Positions 17,675-28,032 of a DNA stretch of 62,367 bases are shown in pieces; position 1 is the stretch's first letter, and the number at the start of each line of letters is the position of its first letter. A program made the translations under genes and the position numbers. The DNA is from Bifidobacterium breve (lineage in GTDB: Bacteria > Myxococcota_A > UBA796 > SXON01). The stretch is taken from NCBI GenBank assembly GCA_943328795.2, contig CALQBK020000003.1, positions 1 to 62,367 of the forward strand, read 5' to 3'. The notes under the pieces are model-generated. The model was not told where the DNA came from and searched no databases. It saw nothing but the letters and a program-made list of their open reading frames with translations.

Positions 17675-18079
17675 ATGTACGGTCTCATCACCGACTTGGA
17701 ACGTGCGTTCCGAACCAACAACCGACGCTGGTCCACCGAGCCTTCGCTCGGGGGTTGGCCGCGGTTGTCTCACAAGGACACCGACACCTCGCTGGTGTTC
17801 GCGCTGGAGCTCCCGGGGTTCAGCGAGAAGGACGTCCAGGTCACGCTCGAGCATGGCCAGCTCACCGTGTCCGGCAAGCGCCAGACCAGCGCGCCGGTTG
17901 GGCACCGGGCGCTGCGCCTGGAGCGCGGGGACTTCAGCTTCTCCCAGTCGTTCGCGCTTGGCGTGCCCGTGGACGCCGACAACACGGCCGCCGTGTTCAA
18001 GAACGGCGTGCTCACGGTGACGGTACCCAAGGCCGAGGCGCGGCCTCGGCAGGTCCCCATCACCGTCGCCAGCGCTTAG
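17675..18079 (+). CDS. Hsp20/alpha-crystallin small heat-shock protein
   Basis: ELPGFSEKD, LTVSGKR, ERGDFSFSQSF, FKNGVLTVTVPK; GAGG SD. Confidence 0.93.
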   Translation: MYGLITDLERAFRTNNRRWSTEPSLGGWPRLSHKDTDTSLVFALELPGFSEKDVQVTLEHGQLTVSGKRQTSAPVGHRALRLERGDFSFSQSFALGVPVDADNTAAVFKNGVLTVTVPKAEARPRQVPITVASA

Positions 18080-18121
18080 CCCCCCGTCGCAAGTACCCCT
18101 TCAAACCTACTGGAGCACACA

Positions 18122-18499
18122 ATGACTACCGAGAACACCCAAGCCACCGAGTCCACCTCCAAGGAGGTCCAACCCCGTGAGCCGGCCCAGCCGCGCGCCC
18201 GCTTCCAGCCCCGCGTGGACGTGTACGAGGGCGACGCCGACTGGATGATCCTCGCGGACCTGCCCGGGGTGCAGCCGGCGGACCTGAAGGTGTCGACCGA
18301 GGCGGCCGAGCTGCGCATCACGGCGCAAGGCGTCGCGTTGGACGGCAGCACCCCGGTGGAGTGGCGGCGCGCATTCCAACTCCCGCGAGGCACCGCCATC
18401 GAGGGCATCTCCGCCCTGCTCAAGGACGGCGTGCTGACGCTCACGCTGCCGAAGGCGGCTGAGCTGCGATCGCGCTCGATCGAGGTCCACGGGGGATAG
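18122..18499 (+). CDS. Second Hsp20-family protein
   Basis: PRVDVYE, ADLPGV, LKDGVLTLTLPK; GGAG SD. Confidence 0.92.
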   Translation: MTTENTQATESTSKEVQPREPAQPRARFQPRVDVYEGDADWMILADLPGVQPADLKVSTEAAELRITAQGVALDGSTPVEWRRAFQLPRGTAIEGISALLKDGVLTLTLPKAAELRSRSIEVHGG

Positions 18500-18525
18500 G
18501 GGGGGGGTGGGTCGGAGGCGGTGGC

Positions 18526-18565
18526 GGGGGCGCGGGGGGTGGGGAGAACATGACCCCGCGCCCCC
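18526..18565 (+). terminator. GC-rich hairpin after the hsp20 operon
   Basis: GGGGGCGCGGGG...CCCCGCGCCCCC 12-bp stem followed only by TT. Confidence 0.4.
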
Positions 18566-18717
18566 TTGCCGGCGGAGAACCGACGGACTGACCGGCCTGG
18601 CGGACGTTGGCGGGCCAGGGCCCTCCCGCCAGGGCTGGGGCGGTCGGCACATCGCGGGAGAGCCAGTGCGGGTTGACCACCACCGTTGGGGGCATGAGCT
18701 TGCCGACGATGGCTTCC

Positions 18718-18748
18718 TGTCCGAATTTGCCCTCTTCAAATTCGGACA
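18718..18748. repeat. Perfect 12-bp inverted repeat
   Basis: TGTCCGAATTTG-ccctctt-CAAATTCGGACA. Confidence 0.85.
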
Positions 18749-18848
18749 CGAAAAGGCCATTTTCTGTCCGGGGGGCGTTGGCGCGGCCCGTTGGCGTTGG
18801 GCCGGGTGTGGTTACCGCGACCCGGCCCAGCCCCCGGCCCAGCCCCTG

Positions 18849-19856
18849 CTACGCCTCCACCTCGATCACCACCTTCCCGAACGCCTGCCGCTGCTCCAAC
18901 ATTACGTGCGCCTCACCCAACTTGGACAACGGCAAGACCGCGTGCACGATTGGGCGGATCGCCCCCGACTCGACCGCCGCCCAAGCCGCGACCATGTCCG
19001 CGCTCGTCCCCATCGTGGAGCCGAGCAGGTCCAGCTGCTTGAAGAACAGCGCTCGGAGGTTGATCTTCGCCTCGACGCCGGCGGTCGCGCCGCTGGTCGT
19101 GCCGCAGATCACCAACCTGCCCCCCCACTTCAACGCCCGGATGCTCTGCTCCCACGTGTCGACGCCGACGGTCTCCACGACCACGTCCACGTCCCGGACG
19201 CCGCCGCGGGCCCCAACTTGGGCGTAGTCCCACGGCACCGCGCCAAGCTCGGCGATCCGCTGCCGGCGCGCTGGCGTGCTGGCCGTCGCGTGCACCTCGC
19301 AGCCCCACAGCTTCGCGAGTTGGATCGCCATCGTGCCCACCCCGCTCGCGCCCGCTTGGATCAAGACGCGCTCGCCGCGCTGCAGCCGGGCCCGGACGAC
19401 GAGCATGTGCCACGCGGTCAGCAGCGTGAGCGGCAAGGCCGCGCCTTCGGCCGGGGTGAGCCCCGCCGGCAGCGGTAGGCACTGCCACGCGGGCACCGCG
19501 AGCTCGGAGCGCAGTCCGCCATCCGCGCTCTCGCCGCGCAGCATGAACCGGGGGCACCGGTTCTGGCGCCCCGCGAGGCACAGCGTACACGTCCCGCACC
19601 CCCAGCTCGGGTGGAGGACGACGGCGCGCGGGCCGGCGCTCGTCTCGACCACCCCGGCGACGTCGCTGCCGGGGATGCGCGGGAGCCCGAAGTCGTGGCC
19701 CGGGACCCCGCGGCGGACCCACGTGTCCAGGTGGTTCAGCGCGACGTGGGTGACGCGGACGCGGACCTCGCCGGGCCCCGGCTCGACGGGAGGGACCTCG
19801 ACCTGCTCCAAGACCTCGGGCCCGCCGTGGCGGGCGATGACGATTGCGAACGGCAT
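18849..19856 (-). CDS. Zinc-binding alcohol dehydrogenase / quinone oxidoreductase (MDR family)
   Basis: GGPEVL, ALNHLD, PGSDVAG, CGTCTLC..C, AGASGVG, FGKVV. Confidence 0.92.
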   Translation of the reverse strand: MPFAIVIARHGGPEVLEQVEVPPVEPGPGEVRVRVTHVALNHLDTWVRRGVPGHDFGLPRIPGSDVAGVVETSAGPRAVVLHPSWGCGTCTLCLAGRQNRCPRFMLRGESADGGLRSELAVPAWQCLPLPAGLTPAEGAALPLTLLTAWHMLVVRARLQRGERVLIQAGASGVGTMAIQLAKLWGCEVHATASTPARRQRIAELGAVPWDYAQVGARGGVRDVDVVVETVGVDTWEQSIRALKWGGRLVICGTTSGATAGVEAKINLRALFFKQLDLLGSTMGTSADMVAAWAAVESGAIRPIVHAVLPLSKLGEAHVMLEQRQAFGKVVIEVEA

Positions 19857-19977
19857 GGGCGCGTCTATCCGCCCGTTGGCATGCTCCAGGGGAACCGCCG
19901 CTTGATACGGGGCGGGTCCACGGGCATAGCCGATTCGCAGCTCCCTCCTCTTCGCGGCGTTCGCCCTCCTGGTCGTC

Positions 19978-20934
19978 TTGGCCGGGGGCGTCGTTGGCTA
20001 CGTGCTGATCGAGGGGTGGTCGCCGATGGACGCGCTGTGGATGGTGGTGATCACCCTCACCACGATCGGGTACGGCGAGGTGCACCCGCTGTCGCCGGCG
20101 GGGCGGGTGTTCACGATGGGGCTCATCGTCACGGGGCTCGGGGTTGGGACCTACACGATGGGCCAACTCACGGCGATGGTCATCGAAGGCGAGCTGGGAG
20201 ACGTGCTGCGTGCGCGGCGGAGGAGGGGGCAGATGGACAAGCTGAGTGGGCACACGATCGTGGTCGGCTACGGCCGGCTGGGCAAGACCATCGTCCACGA
20301 GCTCTTGGCGGGGGGGATGCCCGTGGCCGTGATCGAGCAGGATCCCGCGCTCGTGCAGGAGATCGAGGCCGGGCAGGTCTGCCCCGTGGTGGTGGGCGAC
20401 GGCGCGGACGACGAGGTGCTGCGCCTCGCGGGGGTCAAGCGCGCGAAGGGGCTCGCCGTCGCGGTGTCGAACGCGGCGCAGGCGGTGTTCGTCACGTTGT
20501 CCGCGCGGGAGATGAACCCCTCGTTGAACATCGTCACGCGGGTCTCCGACGCGGAGCACGCGCTGAAGGCGAAGCGCGCGGGAGCGACGAGCGTGGTCTC
20601 TCCCCACACGATGGGCGGATGGCGGATGGCCCACGGCATCGTGCGCCCGCACGCGTCCACGTTCCTCGACCTGGCGACGCTTGGCTCCCACGAGGACGTG
20701 CAGTTCGACGAGTTCTTGATCGCCCCGGGGAGCCCGCTCGTCGGGAAGAGCCTGGGCGAGCTCGCGATCCGCGATCGCTTTCACGTCGTCGTGGTCGCGA
20801 TCCGGCGCAGCGCGGGGCACATCGTGCCGGCGCCGGGGGCGGCGGAGGTCACCCGCGCGGAGGACGTGCTCATCGTCGTCGGCAGCCCGGAGGCCGTGCG
20901 CGGCATGGCCGCGTTCGTCACCAGCCGCGGGTGA
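19978..20934 (+). CDS. Potassium channel with RCK (TrkA-N/TrkA-C) domains; true start probably near 19930
   Basis: TTIGYG selectivity filter, GYGRLG NAD-binding motif, TrkA-C tail. Confidence 0.92.
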   Translation: MAGGVVGYVLIEGWSPMDALWMVVITLTTIGYGEVHPLSPAGRVFTMGLIVTGLGVGTYTMGQLTAMVIEGELGDVLRARRRRGQMDKLSGHTIVVGYGRLGKTIVHELLAGGMPVAVIEQDPALVQEIEAGQVCPVVVGDGADDEVLRLAGVKRAKGLAVAVSNAAQAVFVTLSAREMNPSLNIVTRVSDAEHALKAKRAGATSVVSPHTMGGWRMAHGIVRPHASTFLDLATLGSHEDVQFDEFLIAPGSPLVGKSLGELAIRDRFHVVVVAIRRSAGHIVPAPGAAEVTRAEDVLIVVGSPEAVRGMAAFVTSRG

Positions 20935-20940
20935 GCACCA

Positions 20941-23900
20941 TCAGAGTCCGCCTGCCGAGAGCGCCTGCGCGAGGGTGAGGCCCCAGGTGTCTGCGGCCGC
21001 AGCGTCCAGCGCCGCGGGGTCCGCCCCGAGCACGTCGAGGTTCCAGAGGCGCGCGGTGCCGTCCCAGCTCCCGGTGGCGAGCATCCTGCCGTCGGGCCGG
21101 AAGTCGACGCTCGCGACGCGCTCCGTGTGCGCGGCGAAGATGGCGCGGAGGGCGCCGGTCGCGTCCCAGAGCCGCGCCTGGTGGTCGGTGCCGCCGGCTG
21201 CGACCCACCGCCCGTCGGCCGAGATCGCAACGTCGAGGATGCGCCCGCCGGGGTAGGGTGCTCGCCACCGAACCGCGCCGTCGGGGTCCAGCCGCACGAC
21301 CTCGGAGCTGTCGACGCCTACGACGATGTCTCCGACAGCGTCTACGTCCGCGCAGCTCGCGCCCTCCACGTGGACCGGCGGCTCGCACCGCAGGGTCTCC
21401 CCGCGCGAGATGCGGACGACCTGTCCCGCGTCGGCCACGAGCACCCCGAGCTCGCCGGCGGGGGATTGGCCGGCGTCGAACCACTCGACGGCGGGGCAGC
21501 CCGAGAGCTCGGCGAGGGCCTGCGACGTGGTGTCGACCACCAACAGGTTCGGGTCTCTCGCGTAGCCGAGGGCGATGAGCACGCCCGGGCGCAAGACGAG
21601 GACGCGGCGCGACTGGAACCCCGGGGGCAGGTCGGGGAGCCTGGTGCTCTTCATCAGGTCGTCCCCGATCACGGGCGGGGGGGCGCCGTCGAGCCGGAGC
21701 GCGGTCGGGTGAACCGGCCCGACCCCACCCCCGGTCATGGCGAACCACGCCGTGCTGCCGTCGAGCGTGAAGGCCACCGACTTGGCGGTCTGCGCGCCGA
21801 TGGGCAGGGTCGCCCGTCGGGCGCCAGAAGCGAGGTCCCAGAGGATGGCCTCCAGCTGGCCATGGGCGGTCGCCAACGTCAGGCCGTGTGGGGAGAACTG
21901 CGCGGCGGTGACCCCGTCCGGGCCGCGCAGTTGGGTCGGCGCACGGGTGGCCGGCAAGGTCCACCGGGTGAGCCCCGCTGCGCTCGCGAGCACCAGCGTG
22001 CCGTCCGGGGCGAAGCGCGCGGAGAGCGCGGCGATGGGGATCCGGGCGACCGGCTCAAGCCCGGGCAGCGTCCGGACCTCCACGTCGGTCCGGTCCCCGC
22101 CGACGGCTACTCGGGAGCCGTCGGGGGAGATGCTCAAGAGCCACGCGGCCCCCGGCTCCCCCTGGACCGTCGTGTCCTCCCCGGTCTTGACGTCGATGAC
22201 GGCGACCTTCCCCTTGGTGCCCCCGACGACGAGGTAGCGTCCGCCGGGAGCGAGCTCTGCGGCGATGACGCCTGACATCGACTCGCGGCTCACGCGCGAC
22301 GCCGCGTAGGCGCGCGGTACCTCGCCCGGAGCCCCCGCGCCTACGCTCCCGTCGAGGCACAGCACGGCGTATTGCTTGTCGTCGATGAGCGTTGCACCAG
22401 TGGCCGGCCCAACGCCGGGGCAGAGCAGCTCCGTGAGCCGATTCAGCGGGAGGTCTGAGCTCTCGAGGTGCCACTCCGCCGCGCGGATGGGCCAGGGGGT
22501 GCCCCCGTTCAACCGGAAGAACATCCAATCCCCCTCCGTCGGGCCAGTCGCGGGGTCGTATCGGACGGTCTCGCCGGTCGCGCGCTGGACGTAGACGGTG
22601 TCCTGCACCCGCCGGGCCGCCACGGAGGGCCCGCTCACCACGCGTTCGCTGACCCCGCCGTGAACCCGGGTGACGCCGGTGTCCCCGAGGCAGAGCACGT
22701 CGTCCGGCCCGAGCACGAGGGGGTTTCCGCAGCCCGTGAGCGGCCGGTCGTCGAGCCGTTGGGCGCGGCTCGCCACCGCGGTCGCGGAGAGCACGCCCCA
22801 CGCCTCTGGGGCGGGCCCGAGCGCAACCGCGTGGCTGGCCAGGACCGCCGCAACGGCGGTGGAGCCATCGACCAGGGCGCTGCGCGCCTGCGCCACGAGC
22901 GCGTCGGCGAGGTTGGCGTCGGACGTCGCCAGCGCCGCACGGGTGCCCTCCTGCGCCGCAGTCACGCGGTCGCGCTGCTCGGCGATGCGCTGGTGCTCAC
23001 GCCCGCGAGGCCGACCAGGACGACGGTTGCCACGGCGCCGACCGCCAACGGGGCCCGCCACGCGCGCACCAGCCTCACGAGCAGCTCCCAGGTCGTGTAC
23101 TGGTGAGCGCCGACTTGCCGACCGTCGATCCAGGCCGCGACGTCCTTCGCGAGCGCGCCAGCGTCGACGTAGCGGTCGGCGGGGTCGGGCGCGAGGGCCC
23201 TGTCCGCGATCGCCCAGAGCTCGGGGGGGCCCTCGCGGCCGAGGCTTGGGGTGGGTTGGCCGAGCAGCTCGGTCAGCATGGTCCCGAGACTCCACACGTC
23301 GGCGCGGGGGTCGGCTGGCGCGCCGCCGGCTTGCTCAGGGCTCATGTAGGCCGGCGTGCCGACCCCCGGGCTCGTGGGCTCCCCGACGCGGGCAGCGAGG
23401 CCCCAGTCCACGACTTGCGTCTCGCCGAACCCGCCGACCATCACGTTGGCGGGCTTGAGATCCCGGTGCACCAGGCCGTGCGCGTGCGCGTAGGCGACCG
23501 CGTTGCAGGTGTCCAGGTAGTGCCTCAAAAGCGCGAGCCGCTCGGCCATCGTCGTGCGCTCGGCGAGCAGCGTGGACAGCGGGCGGCCCCGCACCAGGCG
23601 CATCGTGTAGAACGGGCGGCCGTCCGGGGTCGTCCCGCTGTCGTGGACGGTGACGATGCCGGGGTGGTCGAGCCCGGCGGTCAGCGTGGCCTCGCGCGAA
23701 AGCCGAGAGGCGGTCGCACCTGCGTGCGCCGCCTCTTTGAGCGCCACGGCCCGGTCGAGCCGGTGGTCGCGCGCCAGGTACACGATCCCCATGCCGCCGC
23801 GCCCGATGAGCCCCTCCCGGGTGTAGCGCTCGGCGTCCGGGATGACCGGCGCCGCCTGGTGCGGGTCGTCCCATGGCGCCTGACTGCCCGACGGGCCGCT

Positions 23901-23960
23901 CAGGTCGGTGTCGAACCGATCTCCCAAAACCTCCGTCGGCAGTTTTGGTAGATCGGGCAT
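20941..23960 (-). pseudogene. Ser/Thr kinase-TM-WD40 protein split by a frameshift near 22992 (pseudogene or assembly error)
   Basis: GRGGMG, VALK, HRDLKPAN, DWG, GTPAYMSPEQ in 22962..23960; WD40 repeats (ATGSWDGTARLW) in 20941..~22992; one added base gives about 1006 aa. Confidence 0.85.
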
Positions 23961-23980
23961 CCTGACCCGCTATCCGGCTG

Positions 23981-25655
23981 CTACCTGCAGACGAACTTCC
24001 CCGGGCCGGTGCGGTCCCGTGACAGCACCAGCGGCTCGGTCGACGCCGCCTTCGGGGCCACGGTCCCCTCGGGCGTCCAGCCCTTGCACGCGATGTCGCC
24101 GACCTGCGTGAGGCCGACGTCCTCGAGCACGAACGACGCGACGGTCCCGGTCGCGTCGGTGGCGGTAGCGACGCCGTCCTTCACGGTCCAGGTCACGGGC
24201 CCCGGCGCGTAGACCTCCACCAGCACGTCGCCCTCGACGCCGTTCGGCACGTCGGTGAACGTGAACGGCAGCGCGAACTCGGTCTCGTTGACCTGGAGCT
24301 TCCGCGTGAACAGCGGCATGCCGTCGCGGGAGATCTCGACCGTCCCGTCCAGCGCGCTCGTGTTGTTCGCCGTGCAGACGGTGCCGGACTTGTCGCACAC
24401 CGGGCCGCTGTCCGTCGTCGCGAACAGCGGGCTCGCGAGGTCTGCCTTCCAGTTCATGTGGCCGTGGGAGCCGATCGAGAGCTGCAGGCGCCGCACCTCG
24501 GTGCCGCTCGGGTCTTGCGTGCACTCTCCGACGAGGATCTCTTTCTTCCCCGTGCCGGCCACCGTGCGGGGCGTCGCGTCGAGGGTGCAGTCGTGCTCGG
24601 AGAGGACGCGGCCGCCGCTGTCCAGCAGGGTGACCTTGTACAGGTCGTTCGCGAAGTAGGCCCAGATCGGCGTGTCGGCAGGCGGGGGGGCGTGGTAGTA
24701 GTCGTCGTCGATGATGTCGGTGTCCGAGTCGATGAAGATGTCGACGATCGGGCCGGTGTCCCCGTCGTCGGTAGACTTCGCCTGCACGCCGACGCCGGTG
24801 GCGTCGAGCGTGACGACGTCGGCGGAGGCCGCGAGGCGATCCTCGTCGTAGAGCTCCATCGCAGCCGAGACCTCGAGGTTCCGGACGTCGCCGTCGATCG
24901 ACAGCTCCATCGCGGCGTCGAAGCTCTCGAAGTACACGTCGGCGGCCTTCAGCGTCACCCGAGGGCCGTCGTCGACTTCTTCTTTACGTTCCCGATCGGC
25001 GCGAACCAGTCGAGCGTCGTCGACACCACGGGGGTGCAGCCGCCGCCCTTCTGGCAGGTCTGCTCGCCGGTGTAGAAGCCGATGTGCCACTCGATGTCCG
25101 CGCCGGCTTGGACACGCCCTCCTTCGAGATCGACAAGCCGTCGATGCTGAGCGTCCCGTCCACTTGGATCGCGTAGCTGCTGAGTGAGACGATCGCGTCC
25201 AGGCCCTCGGCCTGGAAGGTCGCGAACGCGGTGGCGTCCATGGTGTCCATGTCGGGGTCCGGCACGAGCTCGTTGCCCGACCCGTCGTTGCTGAGCTCGG
25301 CGATGCCGATGTACGCCGCGTTGGCCCCGCTGTCCTGGACGGACACCCGGCCGGTGGAGGCGAAGAACTGGCCGGCGCCACCGCCCTTCTTGCTGCTCAC
25401 GCCGAAGGTGGAGAGGCGCGACCCGCCCCCGGCCGCGACGTTGCCGACTCCGCTGGCGTCGAACGACATCGTGACGATGTCCGGGTCGCCGAGCACGTTT
25501 CCATCGGCGTCGATGTAGTAGATCGCCCACTCGCGGATCGAGCCGGCGGGGCTGGCGACGAACGAGAGGCCGCCGCTGCCGCTGCCCTCGCGCTTGTTGG
25601 CCGTGAGCTCGTCAAAGAGGGCGCCCCCAGGGCGGACCCCTGGCAGATCCCACAC
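23981..25655 (-). pseudogene. Acidic, Cys-containing beta-rich hypothetical protein with two frameshifts
   Basis: Coding-like segments pass through three frames with switches near 25107 and 24959; two added bases give about 558 aa. Confidence 0.65.
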
Positions 25656-25658
25656 CCG

Positions 25659-26552
25659 TCAGCTGTTGTCCTCCAGCGCGTCCCCGGCGTGGAGGACGAG
25701 CTCGACCTGCCCGGTGCCGGCCGCGCGCACCAGGTCCGCGCGTACACGGCCCTCGCGCAGGCGTGACCGCAGCCGCCCGAGCGCGACGTCCCACTTCTTC
25801 CGGAGCATGAAGTCGTCCGGCTCGTCGGGCCACAGCTCCCGCGCCACCACGGCCCAGCCCGCAGGTCCGCCGAGCGCGACCAGCTCCGAGAGGATCCGCG
25901 CGGGCTGCCCCGAGAGCAGGATCGGCGGGTCGTCGCCGCGCTGCACCTGCGCGGTGTCGAACGCGACGCGGACGCGCAGCGGCGGGTCGACGCCCCCGGT
26001 TTGGCGGGTGGGGCCGCTGCCAGCGAGCGAGAGCTCTACGGCGCGAAAGCGGACGCCATCGACGAGCCAGGCGTCGCCCGCGGCGAGCGCGTGGGTGACG
26101 CCGTCGGAGAGCCGGCTCCACCCGTCGCCGGTGGTCCACACGACGCACGGCGCGGAGGGGTCGTGCTTGCCGACGAGCGAAGGCACGGGCTTGCCGCGGA
26201 GCGCCGCGACCGCGGGCAGCGCGACGGGGGGCAGGCCGTCCGCCTCCACGGCGAGCACCGCCGCGGGCACCTCGACGCTCTCCACGCGCAGCACGAGGCG
26301 GTCTGCCAGCTCGATCTGCTGGCCGGCTCGAAGCCGGACCTCGCCGACGCCCCGCCCATCGACCGCGATGCGCCGCCTGAGCGCGAGCATCCAGAGCTCT
26401 CCGCCCCGGAGGCTGATCATCGCGTGCCCCTCGGACACCCGCGGGTCGTCGAGGACGAGGGCGGCAGTCCAGACGCGCCCGATGAAGTCGCCGTGGCCGA
26501 GCGCTACGAGGGAGTCGTCCGGCAGGCGGATCCAGGCAAGCGCGCGGCTCAT
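25659..26552 (-). CDS. FHA domain plus C-terminal OmpR-like winged-helix regulator
   Basis: IGR...VSEGHA FHA motif; ARELWPD...WDVALGRLRSRL..GTGQVEL wHTH-like tail. Confidence 0.8.
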   Translation of the reverse strand: MSRALAWIRLPDDSLVALGHGDFIGRVWTAALVLDDPRVSEGHAMISLRGGELWMLALRRRIAVDGRGVGEVRLRAGQQIELADRLVLRVESVEVPAAVLAVEADGLPPVALPAVAALRGKPVPSLVGKHDPSAPCVVWTTGDGWSRLSDGVTHALAAGDAWLVDGVRFRAVELSLAGSGPTRQTGGVDPPLRVRVAFDTAQVQRGDDPPILLSGQPARILSELVALGGPAGWAVVARELWPDEPDDFMLRKKWDVALGRLRSRLREGRVRADLVRAAGTGQVELVLHAGDALEDNS

Positions 26553-26561
26553 GCGTCCGAC

Positions 26562-27977
26562 CTATCGCACATCGCGGGTCCACAGCGTGTAGAAGCGCTT
26601 GTGGTGCTGCTTTACCTCCCTGGTCCGGGTGTAGTGCCCCCGGACGCGGGGGTCGGCGAGCAGCTGCTTCTCGGTGCCGTACCGAGACGGCAGCTCTTCG
26701 CGGCTGTCCCCGGTCGTGACGATCCAGCGGGGGGGCACGGCCAGCACGTGGTCGAGGTCGAACGGCTTCCCGGTGAGCGCGGGGTCGGTGAGCGAGTACG
26801 GGTGGATGTCGATGACCGAGACGACCGGGCCGACGAAGTAGGGGACGACGCCTGCGTCGCGGGCGAGCAGCCAGTCGCCTGGCTCGGCGATCGCCGCGAG
26901 GTCGCGCGCCATGCGCTCGCTCGCGTTGCCGGGCAGCGCGGTGTTCTGCGCGTCGTAGGCTGTCTCGGCGGTGCGCATCGAGCCCACGGAGAGGTACCCG
27001 GTCCAGCCGAGCAGCGCCGCTGAGCCGACGGCGCGGGCCGACCGGGGGAGCGCCTGCAGCGTGGGCGCGAGCGCGACCAGGGTGAGCGCGATCGGCGCGA
27101 GGAACAGCCGGGCACCTGGCATCCAGTTGTAGACGCGCAGCGCGACCAACGTCAGCCCGGCGGAGAGCGCGAGGAGCAGGTAGCGCTCGAGCGTACGCGG
27201 CCCGAGCCCGACCGCGAGCAGCCACCCGGCGGCGGCCCCGCCGTAGAGCACCTGCGAGCGGCGCAGGTACCCCTCGTTCATCGCGAGCATGTCGAGCAGC
27301 GGCTCGCGGGCCTGCGCGTTGTAGGTGTTGGGGATGAGCGTGCCGAAGTACAGCGTGCGCCCGCAGAAGTACGGGAGCGTGACGAGGGCGAGGGCGAGCA
27401 ACGGCCGGGCGTCTCGCCGCCGGGCGAGCGGCAAGAGCACGAGCGCGCCGCCAACGAGCAGGCCCTCCGGCCGGACCAGGTAGAGCAGCCCCGCCAGCGC
27501 GCCGCCGAGCCAGGGTCGGCGCCCGTCGAGCACTGCCCAGCTCGCGCCGAGCACGCCCGCCACGTAGAGGCTGGTCTCGAGGCCGTTCGTGGCGGCGATC
27601 GCGTACGCCGGCAGGCACGCGAGGGTGAGGGCGGGCACGCTCGCCCAGCTGCTCCCCTTGCCGCAGAGCACGCTGCCGAGCCCGGCTGCCGCGAACAGGC
27701 CGACGACCCCGAACCCGAACCCCCACCCGGTCGCCCAGGTCGCGGGGTGCACCGGGAGCAGCGTGCCGGGCGCCATCAGCAGGACCCACAGGAAGTTGGT
27801 GTAGCCCTCTACCGGCGGCTGGCCGGCGTTGTAGACCAAACCATTGCCCAGCGCCAGGTTCCGCGCGTACCGCAGGGAAACGTAGGCGTCGTCCACCACC
27901 GAAGCCCAGGAGCCTACGGCCGAGACCGACAGGACGGCCGAAGCGAGCAGGCAAGCGACGAGCAGCCGCCGGTTCAT
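26562..27977 (-). CDS. GT-C fold polyprenyl-linked glycosyltransferase (AftB-like)
   Basis: [48 protein letters not shown]; many TM helices. Confidence 0.8.
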   Translation of the reverse strand: MNRRLLVACLLASAVLSVSAVGSWASVVDDAYVSLRYARNLALGNGLVYNAGQPPVEGYTNFLWVLLMAPGTLLPVHPATWATGWGFGFGVVGLFAAAGLGSVLCGKGSSWASVPALTLACLPAYAIAATNGLETSLYVAGVLGASWAVLDGRRPWLGGALAGLLYLVRPEGLLVGGALVLLPLARRRDARPLLALALVTLPYFCGRTLYFGTLIPNTYNAQAREPLLDMLAMNEGYLRRSQVLYGGAAAGWLLAVGLGPRTLERYLLLALSAGLTLVALRVYNWMPGARLFLAPIALTLVALAPTLQALPRSARAVGSAALLGWTGYLSVGSMRTAETAYDAQNTALPGNASERMARDLAAIAEPGDWLLARDAGVVPYFVGPVVSVIDIHPYSLTDPALTGKPFDLDHVLAVPPRWIVTTGDSREELPSRYGTEKQLLADPRVRGHYTRTREVKQHHKRFYTLWTRDVR

Positions 27978-28032
27978 CGGTGCGGGACGGCGGGCGCGTC
28001 GTAGGCGGGGCGTCGGGATCGGCGGTGCGCGG

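Noticed and set aside
18441-18749. 102-aa minus-strand ORF in the hsp20-ADH gap
   Set aside because: Starts inside the palindrome, runs into low-complexity poly-Pro and overlaps hsp20; at best a remnant
18820-18846. Short tandem repeat of CCCGGCCCAGCC
   Set aside because: Only two low-complexity copies; no functional inference possible
24955-24990. Programmed -1 frameshift at GTAAAGAAGAAG
   Set aside because: Not a canonical X XXY YYZ heptamer; a single-base loss in the nearby G-run explains the shift, as at the neighbouring sites
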